Assembly (NCBI GenBank): GCA_038884755.1
Contig: JAWABJ010000001.1
Span: 224,001-288,000 of the forward strand
DNA length: 64,000 bases
DNA from: Candidatus Norongarragalinales archaeon
GTDB taxonomy: Archaea; Micrarchaeota; Micrarchaeia; Norongarragalinales; Norongarragalinaceae
Direction of reading: 5' to 3'
The translations under genes were made by a program, and so were the position numbers. Of this stretch, positions 28,075-36,838 are shown piece by piece (position 1 is the stretch's first letter; each line of letters starts with the position of its first letter). The notes beneath the pieces are model-generated. The model saw only the letters and a program-made list of their open reading frames with translations, searched no databases and had not been told where the DNA came from.

Positions 28075-30156
28075 TTGGAAGGAGAGTGGGTAGGGTTGGA
28101 GGAAGAGATTCAGCAGTTTCAGGAGTACTTTTCCACTACTCTCAAGAACCAGCTTTACGACTTGGTCGGTTCGTATCCTCAAAAGAAAAGCTTGGAAGTG
28201 GACTTGACGCTTTTTTCCCGCTTCAACCTTGATTTGTCGCAGGCGATTGCCGAAAAGCCAGACCACTATTCGAAAGCGGCGGGGGAAGCGCTTCGGAAAA
28301 GCGTTGAAAGCTTTGGGATAATGCCCGAAGGCTTCAAGCCGAGAGTGCGCTTTTGCAATTTGCCCGAGAAAGAAGTCCTAGTGCAGTATTTGGGTGCAGA
28401 GCATTTGAACAAGCTCGTGCAAGTGCAGGGCGTTGTCAATCTCATTACCGACATTCGCCCCAAAATGCAAGTAGCCTTGTGGGAGTGCGCTTATTGCGAA
28501 CGCACTACGAAAAACTATCCCGACAAGTCTGGATTAAAACCTCCAGTTTTGTGTGGTCACTGCGGGAAGAAAGAATTCAATTTGCTGGAAGCGACCAGCG
28601 ACTTCGTCAATACGCAGTACGGGCAGCTGCAGGATTTGCTCGAGCGCGTGCAAGGCTCTTCAACGCCTTCGCATGTCGACTTGTGGTTTGAAGATGAATT
28701 GACTAACGTGGTCGTGCCCGGAGAGACTGTAACGGTGACTGGCATTTTGCGTTTGATGCCTAGGCTGGAAAAAGGCAAGGGAAAGAGCGCGGTTTACGGG
28801 AAGGCATTCGACGTGGTTTTCGTGCGCAAGGAGGAAAAGGAGTTTGAGGAAATAGAGATTTCCAAGGAGGAAGAACAGAAGATAATGGAGTTTTCAAAAA
28901 ACCCGCGCGTTCGCGAGCAGATTCGCGACAGCATCGCGCCGAGCATTTACGGGCATTTTGAAGTCAAGCAGGCGATTGCAATGCAGTTGTTCGGGGGGAC
29001 GCCTGACAAGGTTTTGCCGGACGGCAACAAAGTGCGCAGCGACATTCACGTTCTACTCATCGGAGACCCGGGCGTTGCAAAATCGCAGTTGTTGAAGTTT
29101 ACGGAAAACCTCGCGCCCAAATGCATTTACGTTGCCGGAAGGGGCGCGTCCGGAGTGGGGCTTACTGCCTCCGCGGAAAAAGACAAGGCCGGCGAAGGTT
29201 GGGTTTTGAAAGCAGGTGCTTTGGTTTTGGCGAGCGGCGGTTTGGTTGCGATCGACGAGTTCGACAAGATGCAGGAGGAAGACCGCGCCAACATTCACGA
29301 AGCTTTGGAACAGCAACAAATCAGCATCGCGAAAGCCGGTATAGTGACGCGCTTTAAGGCTAAGACTTCAGTGCTTGCGGCGGCGAACCCGAAGTTCGGG
29401 CGTTTCGACTCCAACACGCCTATCGCGGAGCAATTCGACATTCCCGTTACGCTGCTCTCTAGGTTCGACTTGATTTTCACCATTCGCGATATTATAGACG
29501 AAGGGCAGGACCGGCGCATGGCGACGCACATTCTTGGAGGTTTGAAGTACGCTGGGGAAAACAAGGCGGGCGTGAAAGCGCAAGAAAAGCAAACGCCCGC
29601 CGGCTTGATAAACACCGATTTGCTGCGAAAGTATATAGCCTACGCTAGAAGAAGCGTTTTCCCGCAATTGACTCCAGACGCAATGGACCGAATTAAGGAT
29701 TATTACGTTCAGTTGCGGGCTTTGGGCGCGAAAACCCAGACTTTCCCCGTCACTCCCCGCGACCTCGAGGGGTTAGTGCGTTTGGCTGAAGCTTCGGCTA
29801 AAATGCGGTTGAGCCAGAGCGTGGAATTGCAGGACGCGGAATACGCGATTTCCCTCAAGGATTTCGTGTTGAACCTGGTTTTCGTGGACAAAGCGACAGG
29901 CAAAATCGATGCGGACGTGATTCTCACGGGAACGTCCAAGGCGAAGCGCGACAAGATTTTCACGATTTTGAACATAGTGCGCGAATTGCAAAGAGAGTTC
30001 GACATGGTGGAAACGCAGGATGTTTTGAAGCAGGCGGCGGCGCACGCTTTGGACGAGCAGGATGCAATGCGGATTATCGAGGAGCTTGTTACCAAAGGCG
30101 AGCTTTACAGGCCCAAGGCGGGTTTCGTGAGAATGCCTTCGAAAGAATACGGCTGA
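28075..30156 (+). CDS. mcm: Replicative helicase MCM
   Basis: Zn finger CAYC..CGHC, IAPSIYG, GDPGVAKSQ, IDEFDKM, AAANPKFGRF, LSRFDL; no intein. Confidence 0.97.
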   Translation: MEGEWVGLEEEIQQFQEYFSTTLKNQLYDLVGSYPQKKSLEVDLTLFSRFNLDLSQAIAEKPDHYSKAAGEALRKSVESFGIMPEGFKPRVRFCNLPEKEVLVQYLGAEHLNKLVQVQGVVNLITDIRPKMQVALWECAYCERTTKNYPDKSGLKPPVLCGHCGKKEFNLLEATSDFVNTQYGQLQDLLERVQGSSTPSHVDLWFEDELTNVVVPGETVTVTGILRLMPRLEKGKGKSAVYGKAFDVVFVRKEEKEFEEIEISKEEEQKIMEFSKNPRVREQIRDSIAPSIYGHFEVKQAIAMQLFGGTPDKVLPDGNKVRSDIHVLLIGDPGVAKSQLLKFTENLAPKCIYVAGRGASGVGLTASAEKDKAGEGWVLKAGALVLASGGLVAIDEFDKMQEEDRANIHEALEQQQISIAKAGIVTRFKAKTSVLAAANPKFGRFDSNTPIAEQFDIPVTLLSRFDLIFTIRDIIDEGQDRRMATHILGGLKYAGENKAGVKAQEKQTPAGLINTDLLRKYIAYARRSVFPQLTPDAMDRIKDYYVQLRALGAKTQTFPVTPRDLEGLVRLAEASAKMRLSQSVELQDAEYAISLKDFVLNLVFVDKATGKIDADVILTGTSKAKRDKIFTILNIVRELQREFDMVETQDVLKQAAAHALDEQDAMRIIEELVTKGELYRPKAGFVRMPSKEYG

Positions 30157-30211
30157 AGCCACACGGTTTTTTAAGCATCTTTCGCGTGATGTTGGAAACG
30201 GGTGTTGTTTT

Positions 30212-31192
30212 TTGAAAGGGCTTTTGGTTGTCGTCTTCGCCGCGCTGCTTGCGACCGGTTGCTTGAGCGAATCGCCCGCGCCTTCTTCCTCTGCAACGCC
30301 GACGAGCGTGGTGGTTCAAGAGCCTTCCCCTCTTCCTTCCCTTTTACCTTCCCCGACCGTAGTGGTGGAAATCCCCACTCCTTCGCCCGAGCCGTTGAAT
30401 TACTCCAAAGAAGAGGTTGTTTCGGAATACTTGAAGGCGGTAAACGCCCAGGATTTCGAGAAGGCTTACTCTCTCGTTTCCCGCGACTTCAAGGGCGAAG
30501 ATCCCGACGCAGCCACCCTCGCGGCTTTCAAGGCCAGGATGGAGAAGGATTACCCGTTCGGGCTTTCGTTTTCCGGCGTCGCGGTTGTGGTGAACAACCC
30601 GCGCGAGGTCGCGGCGAACATCGTGAAAGGCGGAAGCACGACTTCGAGAACGCTGGGGTTCATCCTTTCTTTCGAAAGCGGATTTTGGAAACTGCGGGTT
30701 CCCTTCCCAACTCCCGGAAAGTATTATAACGCAAAGGCTTCGGTCCGCCTGAACCCGGTTGAAATGAGCAGGAATTTAGAGCTGGCGCTGAACGACTTTT
30801 TCTCGAGGCTCGATTCGAGAGTCAAGAACGACCCGTTTACGATAAGCGAGTACGACAAGGGCAACCACGTTTTCTACTCTTCGAAAACCGTGCGCTTGAA
30901 GAGGACCGACGGGCTGCAGAGGGACATGGAAATCGAAGTGACTTTCGGCCCGTCTTTCCTCATAGGCGGCCTGGCGACTACCGCGAAGTTGCTTGAAGAC
31001 CGGCTATTGTACTTCCAATACCAAGACGGGATAAAACGCCAGGGCGGTCACGCGGGCTTTTACTGCTACGCTTCTTCGGTTAACTACTTCCTGAAAGTCA
31101 AGATGGACAGCAACTTCGCGGAATTCTATTCTTATGAGGAAAACATTTTCGCGCCCGTGATGAACGAGCTGAACAAAATCTGCCCGCCTTGA
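30212..31192 (+). CDS. Putative lipoprotein with Pro/Ser/Thr linker and NTF2-like domain
   Basis: Lipobox LATGC; SPLPSLLPSPT linker; EEVVSEYLKAV..DFEKAYSLVS..ESGFWKL. Confidence 0.7.
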   Translation: MKGLLVVVFAALLATGCLSESPAPSSSATPTSVVVQEPSPLPSLLPSPTVVVEIPTPSPEPLNYSKEEVVSEYLKAVNAQDFEKAYSLVSRDFKGEDPDAATLAAFKARMEKDYPFGLSFSGVAVVVNNPREVAANIVKGGSTTSRTLGFILSFESGFWKLRVPFPTPGKYYNAKASVRLNPVEMSRNLELALNDFFSRLDSRVKNDPFTISEYDKGNHVFYSSKTVRLKRTDGLQRDMEIEVTFGPSFLIGGLATTAKLLEDRLLYFQYQDGIKRQGGHAGFYCYASSVNYFLKVKMDSNFAEFYSYEENIFAPVMNELNKICPP

Positions 31193-31217
31193 AATGGGTT
31201 GAACGTAGAGTGTTGCC

Positions 31218-32033
31218 GTGAAATTGAAAAAAACCCATTTTCTCCTGCTTTCGTCTTTTTTCCTAGCTTTGGTCGCCGGGTTGTTCATAGGCGCGAATTT
31301 CATTTCACAACAGCTTTCGATCGTCGAGGATTCTGGCAGCGTTGAAAACGTCGGCTTTTTCTTCCTCTACATACTTTTCGCGACCGCCCTCATGCTTTTG
31401 GTTTTACATTTCTATCGCGGCAAGCGGCTGTTCTTTCTCGCCGAGGTTTTGCTCGAGTTTTCGGCGTTGCAAATATTGTTTTCGATTTTCATTGCCGAAC
31501 TTCCGGCGACTTTGCTTTCGCTCTCCCTGGTTTTGCTCAGGGTTTTCTACTCCCGCCTCAAGCAGCCTTTGCTTTTTGCGGCTACGGTCGTCGTCGGCGC
31601 TTTGCTAGGAAGTTCTTTCGACTTGATTCCGGCTTTGGCGTTGAGTTTCCTTCTCGCGGCATACGACTACTTCGCGGTGTTCAAGTCCAAGCACATGGTC
31701 ACGCTCGCGAAGGAATTGCAAAAGCGCGAGGCGGCTTTCGCAATCGAGTTTTCCAGCGCCCCTCCTTCCAAAGCGGCCGGGAAGCGCGTGGAAAAAACGC
31801 CGGCACGTGGGGAGAGCATTCTGCTGGGGACGGGAGATTTCGTGATTCCAGTGATGCTTTGCGTTTCCGTCCTCAAGCTCGGTGTTTTCGCCGCGCTCGC
31901 AACCGCGTTGGGCGCGTTCGTGGGGCTGAGCGCTTTGCTGTTCGTGATGCAGAAGACCCGAGGCTACTATCCCGCCTTGCCGCCAATAGTAATGTTCTCA
32001 ACGCTTTTCTACGTCTCGACGCTGTTGTTTTGA
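31218..32033 (+). CDS. Presenilin/SPP-family intramembrane aspartyl protease
   Basis: AAYDYFAVFKSKHM, LGTGDF, PALP; multiple TMs. Confidence 0.92.
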   Translation: MKLKKTHFLLLSSFFLALVAGLFIGANFISQQLSIVEDSGSVENVGFFFLYILFATALMLLVLHFYRGKRLFFLAEVLLEFSALQILFSIFIAELPATLLSLSLVLLRVFYSRLKQPLLFAATVVVGALLGSSFDLIPALALSFLLAAYDYFAVFKSKHMVTLAKELQKREAAFAIEFSSAPPSKAAGKRVEKTPARGESILLGTGDFVIPVMLCVSVLKLGVFAALATALGAFVGLSALLFVMQKTRGYYPALPPIVMFSTLFYVSTLLF

Positions 32034-32091
32034 CGACGTCGCCATGTATTATAAAGCGCCGGAGGCAAATAATTTTTGAAAGAGGGTTAGA

Positions 32092-32499
32092 ATGGAGTCT
32101 TACGAAGTTTTGCTCGAGCGCGTGAAACAAAAGCACGCCGTAAAAACCAGTTCGGGTGAAAGGTTTGAAACCCCAGTTTTCGTGATAAGCATAGTGGGAA
32201 GCAAGACTTACGTCAAGAATTTCGAGGACGTGGCCGAAAAACTCAGGCGCACGAAAGAAGTTCTGGCGAAGTTTTTGTTCAAGGAACTCGCGACTCCCGG
32301 CATGGTGCAGGGGCAGGAGCTCATCCTCCAGTCTAAAGTGCAGTTCCGCTTGCTTCAGGAAAAACTGCAGAGTTTCGTGGAAAGGGTTGTGCTGTGCAAG
32401 GAGTGCGGCAAGCCCGACACGCACTTGGAGCATCATGGACGCAATGTGGATTTCGTGGTTTGCGAAGCGTGCGGTGCCAAGAGGCCCGTTTTGTACTAG
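32092..32499 (+). CDS. eif2b: Translation initiation factor aIF2 beta
   Basis: ERFETP, KELATPG, CKECGKPDT..CEACGA. Confidence 0.95.
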   Translation: MESYEVLLERVKQKHAVKTSSGERFETPVFVISIVGSKTYVKNFEDVAEKLRRTKEVLAKFLFKELATPGMVQGQELILQSKVQFRLLQEKLQSFVERVVLCKECGKPDTHLEHHGRNVDFVVCEACGAKRPVLY

Positions 32500-32538
32500 C
32501 AGGATTTTTTGCTTTCTAGAAAAAAATCGTGAGGTGTT

Positions 32539-32877
32539 TTGTTGCCGTTTTACAAAGACCACTCCCGTCGTGCTAAGTCGTCGGGACAGCCGAATTTCGA
32601 AGAGCGCTTGAGGTTGCCTCGCAAGGGAGAGATTTTTGGGATTGTCGTTGCTTTGCAAGGCGGCGCTCGCATGATAGTGCAGTGCGAGGACGGGAAGGAA
32701 CGAATGTGCCGCGTTCCCGGAAGCATAAAAAGGCAAGTGTGGGTTAAGGAAGGCGACGTCGTTTTGATAGAACCGTGGACCGTGCAGGGCGACGAAAAGG
32801 CCGACATCACGTACCGTTATACTCGGCTGCAGGTGGAAAAGCTGAGGCAGCGCGGCATTCTCAAGATGGAGTTTTAA
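32539..32877 (+). CDS. eif1a: Translation initiation factor aIF1A
   Basis: GGARMIVQCEDGKERMCRVPG..WVKEGDVVLIEPW..YRY. Confidence 0.96.
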   Translation: MLPFYKDHSRRAKSSGQPNFEERLRLPRKGEIFGIVVALQGGARMIVQCEDGKERMCRVPGSIKRQVWVKEGDVVLIEPWTVQGDEKADITYRYTRLQVEKLRQRGILKMEF

Positions 32878-32922
32878 CTGCGAAAAGAAGCTTTTTTCTT
32901 TTGCCTTTTTCTTATACCGTTT

Positions 32923-33726
32923 ATGTCACTTAAGGTAAGCAAGCGCAAGCAGCCGAGGCGCGAAGACAAGCAGATAAAATACGCTTTGAAGATTACTGAC
33001 AAGGTTTTGGACGACCAGACCACCCGCACGCTCGCGCAACTCATGAACGCAAAAGAATTCAAGACTTTGGACTACGCGATTGCGGCGGGCAAGGAAGCAG
33101 TAGTGTTTCGCGCTACGCGTTACGACGGTTCTTTCTGCGCTGTGAAAGTGTTCAAGTTCGAAACCACAGCATTCCGCAAAATGGTTCCCTACATAGAAGG
33201 CGACCCGCGGTTCAGTGTAGACGCAGTAAAGCATTCGAAACGCGCTTTGGTGAAAGTTTGGGCGAGGAAAGAGTACGCGAACCTGAAGGCTTGTTTTGAG
33301 GCTAAAGTAAGCGTGCCGAAGCCCTTTGCTTTGAAGGAAAACGTCATCGTGATGGAGTTCATCGGGGTCGGGGGAAAGCCTTGCGCTTTGCTTACGCAAG
33401 TCGTGGTGCAAAACCCCCGTGCTGTGTTCAAGCAACTGCTGGGCGTAATTCGGAAAATGCACGCGGCGGGAATAGTGCATTCTGATTTGAGCCCTTACAA
33501 CATCATGCTCATGCAGACGCAAAACGCCGACGGTTCTTTCGACGAAAAGGCCGTCGTAATCGATTTGGCGCAGGGCGTTTCCTTAAAGCATCCGAAGGCA
33601 AAAGAGTTTTTGGCTCGGGATGTTTCCAACGTCGTGAATTTCTTTTCCAAACTCGGCGTGGAAAGCGAATTGTGCGATAGCGCGAAAGCGCTGGAGTTCG
33701 TTTTGAAAAAAGCGGATTTAAAATAG
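32923..33726 (+). CDS. rio1: RIO1-type Ser/Thr kinase
   Basis: GKEAVVF, AVKVF, YIEGDPRF, WARKEYANL, HSDLSPYNI, IDLAQ. Confidence 0.93.
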   Translation: MSLKVSKRKQPRREDKQIKYALKITDKVLDDQTTRTLAQLMNAKEFKTLDYAIAAGKEAVVFRATRYDGSFCAVKVFKFETTAFRKMVPYIEGDPRFSVDAVKHSKRALVKVWARKEYANLKACFEAKVSVPKPFALKENVIVMEFIGVGGKPCALLTQVVVQNPRAVFKQLLGVIRKMHAAGIVHSDLSPYNIMLMQTQNADGSFDEKAVVIDLAQGVSLKHPKAKEFLARDVSNVVNFFSKLGVESELCDSAKALEFVLKKADLK

Positions 33727-33759
33727 CGCGCTGAGTGGTTTTTAACAAAGGGTGGTGCA

Positions 33760-34071
33760 GTGGCACGCGGAATTGTTGATAAGAGCATTGATTTGGACGA
33801 GCTGCTGAAGAAAGAGTCTTCGGGCGGCGCGCAGGGGGATTTCGCGCAAAAGCTTTCAGACGCTTACGCGCTGGTTTTCAACACTCTGCAGGAGTTGAAG
33901 GAAATGAAAGCGCGCGGGGATTTCAAAACTCTCAAGGAAACGAAGCGGGAACTTTACGATTCGGTCATGAAGTGCAAGGTCACCGTGGACGAATTGAAGG
34001 AGTTTCTTGACTTCCTCGGGGAAGGCGGCGAAGCCGGTGAAAAGCCCGAACGCCGCCGTTACAGGCGGTGA
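33760..34071 (+). CDS. Hypothetical helical protein
   Basis: 103 aa, GGTGGTG RBS, co-oriented in operon-like run. Confidence 0.65.
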   Translation: MARGIVDKSIDLDELLKKESSGGAQGDFAQKLSDAYALVFNTLQELKEMKARGDFKTLKETKRELYDSVMKCKVTVDELKEFLDFLGEGGEAGEKPERRRYRR

Positions 34072-34087
34072 AAAGGGTGCTTTCGAT

Positions 34088-34753
34088 TTGATCGTCTTGA
34101 ACTTGAAGGCTTACGCCGAGTCTTCCGGCGAAAACGGGTTGAATCTCATTAGAACGGCGCACGCGGTTTCAAAAAAAACGAAAAAGAAAATAATAGTGTG
34201 CCCCCAGCCGACGCAGTTGCACTACGCCCGGAAAAATTCCACTTCCAACTTTTGGTTTTTCGCCCAGCACGTCGATGCGAACGCGCAAGGCGCTTTTACC
34301 GGCACGCTTACGCTCGAGGCTGTTGCAGAAGAAGGGTGCAAGGGCACGCTGATAAACCATTCGGAAAAGAAAGTTTCGTACGACCACGCGCGAATAGTTG
34401 TTGAAAAGGCGAAAAGACTCGGCTTGAAAACGGTAATCTGCGCCGACACGGTGGAGAAAGGCGTTTTGTTTTCGCAGCTCAAGCCTTGGGCCATTGCAGT
34501 AGAGCCGCCCGAGCTCATTGGAAGCGGCATAAGCGTTTCGAAGGCTAGGCCGCAGGTTGTTGAGAATGCAGTGCGCAGTATAAAGTCTTTCGACAAGCGA
34601 ATAATCGTGCTGGTGGGCGCCGGCGTTTCAAACGCCGAAGATTACTCCAAATGCCTTGCGCTCGGCGCTGAAGGCGTTTTGCTCGCGAGCGCTTTCGTGA
34701 AAGCGCAAAACCCGCGCGAGTGGCTCGAGTCGCTCGTCAAAGTGAAGGCTTGA
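34088..34753 (+). CDS. tpiA: Triosephosphate isomerase, archaeal type
   Basis: LNLKAY, AQHVD, INHSEK, AVEPPELIGSG, GAGV, LLASAFVKA; TTG start at 34088. Confidence 0.95.
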   Translation: MIVLNLKAYAESSGENGLNLIRTAHAVSKKTKKKIIVCPQPTQLHYARKNSTSNFWFFAQHVDANAQGAFTGTLTLEAVAEEGCKGTLINHSEKKVSYDHARIVVEKAKRLGLKTVICADTVEKGVLFSQLKPWAIAVEPPELIGSGISVSKARPQVVENAVRSIKSFDKRIIVLVGAGVSNAEDYSKCLALGAEGVLLASAFVKAQNPREWLESLVKVKA

Positions 34754-34891
34754 AAGCGCTTTCGGGCAAAGTTTTTAACTTTTCGCCATCGCGTTATTTA
34801 ATTTTATCACGCTTTTTGAGTTTGGCGAGAGTTTTTTTTTCCTTAGACTCTCTACTATCGAACCGAAAACCAGACGGTTGCGTGGAAGAAA

Positions 34892-35029
34892 ATGGACTTG
34901 GGACAGGCACTGTTGGGATTAGCAGTGTTCTATTTCCTCGTGTTTTTCGGCGGAGGGCTGTTGGAAAACGACGCTTTGCTGTTGATGGCTTTGGGCATAG
35001 GCGTTTACTACTGGATTACCAACCAGTGA
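34892..35029 (+). CDS. Small two-TM membrane peptide (45 aa)
   Basis: MDLGQALLGLAVFYFLVFFGGGLLENDALLLMALGIGVYYWITNQ. Confidence 0.55.
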   Translation: MDLGQALLGLAVFYFLVFFGGGLLENDALLLMALGIGVYYWITNQ

Positions 35030-35047
35030 AGCTTCGGCTTGCGCAGC

Positions 35048-36736
35048 CTACATTTTTTCCGGAATTTTTATTCCCAAGAGAGAAAGTCCTTTTTCAATCA
35101 CGTTGAGCGTTGCCGCAACAATCGCGATGCGCTTTGCTTTCTCCTCGCCTTTGCTCTGCACCACCGGGCATTTTTCGTAGAATTCGCTGAACGTTGCGGA
35201 TAGCTTGAGCAAGTAATCGCATATAGCGTGCGGTTCGAAATTTCTTGAAGTTTGCTCTACAACTCGCGGGTATAGCGAAAGCTGGAACGCGATTTTGCGT
35301 TCGGTGTCGTTAAAGCATGCTTTTTCCGGGATTGCTTTTGCTTTCGCTTCCGCCTTGCGCAAGATGTTTTTGGCCCTGACTGCGGTGTATTGCACGTACG
35401 CTCCAGTATCCCCTTCGAAACTCACGGCTTTGGAAGGGTTGAACGTTATGTTTTTTTGATTGCTTACCCTCAGGAAGCCGAATTTCACGCTTCCAACGCC
35501 GATGGTGTTGGCTATCTCGCCGAGGGTTTTTTCCGGAATTCTTTCCTTTTCCCGTATTTCCTCCCTTGCGGCGCGCGTCGCCTCGTCGAGCAAATCTTTG
35601 AGGAACAGCACGTTGCCTTTTCTCGAAGAGAGTTTTCCGCTTTCCAGGTAAATCAGCCCGAAACCAACGTGCCTGAAGCGGTCGGTGTAACCGCGCCCCA
35701 ACAACTCCAGTATCTTGTACACTTGCTTGAAATGCATGCTTTGGTCGCTTCCTGTTACTATTATTGAAAGCGCCGGGTTGTAGTTTTTGAAGCGGCTGTC
35801 GGCGAGCGACAAGTCACGCGTGGAGTAAAGCGTGGTTCCGTTCGAACGTAGGATTACCAGGTTGGGAAGGCCGTGTTCTTCCAAAAACGCGACGAGCTCC
35901 CCGTCTTTTTCTACCCGCGCGATGCCTTTTTGTTTGGCTTCCATCGCGAGCTTTTTCCCTTCGATTACGAAGTCGCTGTCGAAAATTTCTTCGGTGAACG
36001 AAACGCCGAGTTTCTCGTAATTCTCTTGCAAAGGCTTTACGCTCAAGTCCCTCACCGCACGGAGTTGTTTCAGTATAGCTGGGTTGCCGTCTTCCATGCC
36101 TTCGAGGATTTCGTGCACTCCCTTGGAGAGGCTTTCGTCTTTTTCTATCTCTTCGTTTATCTTCACGTAGTAGTTCAAAAGCTGTTTTTCGTCCTTGATT
36201 TCGCCGATTTTGTATTTCTTCAATCCCAACAGTAGTTTCGCCACTTGAGTTCCAGCTTCGCACAAGTAGTTGGACGCGATGACTTCATACCCGCGCTCGC
36301 GAAGCACGCGGGCTATCGAATCTCCCAGTATCGTCGAGCGGATGTGCCCCACGTGCATGGGCTTTCCGACATTGGGGGAGGAGAATTCAACAACCACTTT
36401 TTTTCCCTTGCCTTCGGTTCCCTTGCCGAAGTTTTCCCCCAACGCTTCCGCAATCGCACGGGAGTGGTAGTCGTCGTTCAAGAAAAAGTTGACGTAGCCG
36501 TCGACCGCCTCGGTTTTCTCCACGAACTCAATTCCCTTGAGTTCAGCTGCCAGGGTTTTCGCGATTTCGGCCGGACTTTTCTTCGTCTTTGCCGCCAGGG
36601 GAAAGCAGGCGAAAGACAAGTCGCCGTACTCGCGCGAAACTTCTATTTTCACCGCCGTGCTTTCGCCGTAGAGTTTTTTCACCGCAGCGGCGGCTTTCTT
36701 TTCGCACTCCCTGATGGCTTTTTCGAGCAGGAACAT
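35048..36736 (-). CDS. argS: Arginine--tRNA ligase
   Basis: EFSSPNVGKPMHVGHIRS, LSSRKG, GDTGAYVQY, C-terminal IPEKM. Confidence 0.96.
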   Translation of the reverse strand: MFLLEKAIRECEKKAAAAVKKLYGESTAVKIEVSREYGDLSFACFPLAAKTKKSPAEIAKTLAAELKGIEFVEKTEAVDGYVNFFLNDDYHSRAIAEALGENFGKGTEGKGKKVVVEFSSPNVGKPMHVGHIRSTILGDSIARVLRERGYEVIASNYLCEAGTQVAKLLLGLKKYKIGEIKDEKQLLNYYVKINEEIEKDESLSKGVHEILEGMEDGNPAILKQLRAVRDLSVKPLQENYEKLGVSFTEEIFDSDFVIEGKKLAMEAKQKGIARVEKDGELVAFLEEHGLPNLVILRSNGTTLYSTRDLSLADSRFKNYNPALSIIVTGSDQSMHFKQVYKILELLGRGYTDRFRHVGFGLIYLESGKLSSRKGNVLFLKDLLDEATRAAREEIREKERIPEKTLGEIANTIGVGSVKFGFLRVSNQKNITFNPSKAVSFEGDTGAYVQYTAVRAKNILRKAEAKAKAIPEKACFNDTERKIAFQLSLYPRVVEQTSRNFEPHAICDYLLKLSATFSEFYEKCPVVQSKGEEKAKRIAIVAATLNVIEKGLSLLGIKIPEKM

Positions 36737-36838
36737 GTTTGAAATTATCCGCTCCCACAACTTAAAACAATAGCGTTCGCACAACCCACTCAAAAAAAGC
36801 TTATTTAAGGACGTTTTACAAAGAAAGTTGATATCTTC

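Noticed and set aside
28075..30156. Intein in MCM (also checked in the visible part of atpA)
   Set aside because: Normal lengths and continuous motifs, with no splice-junction signatures.
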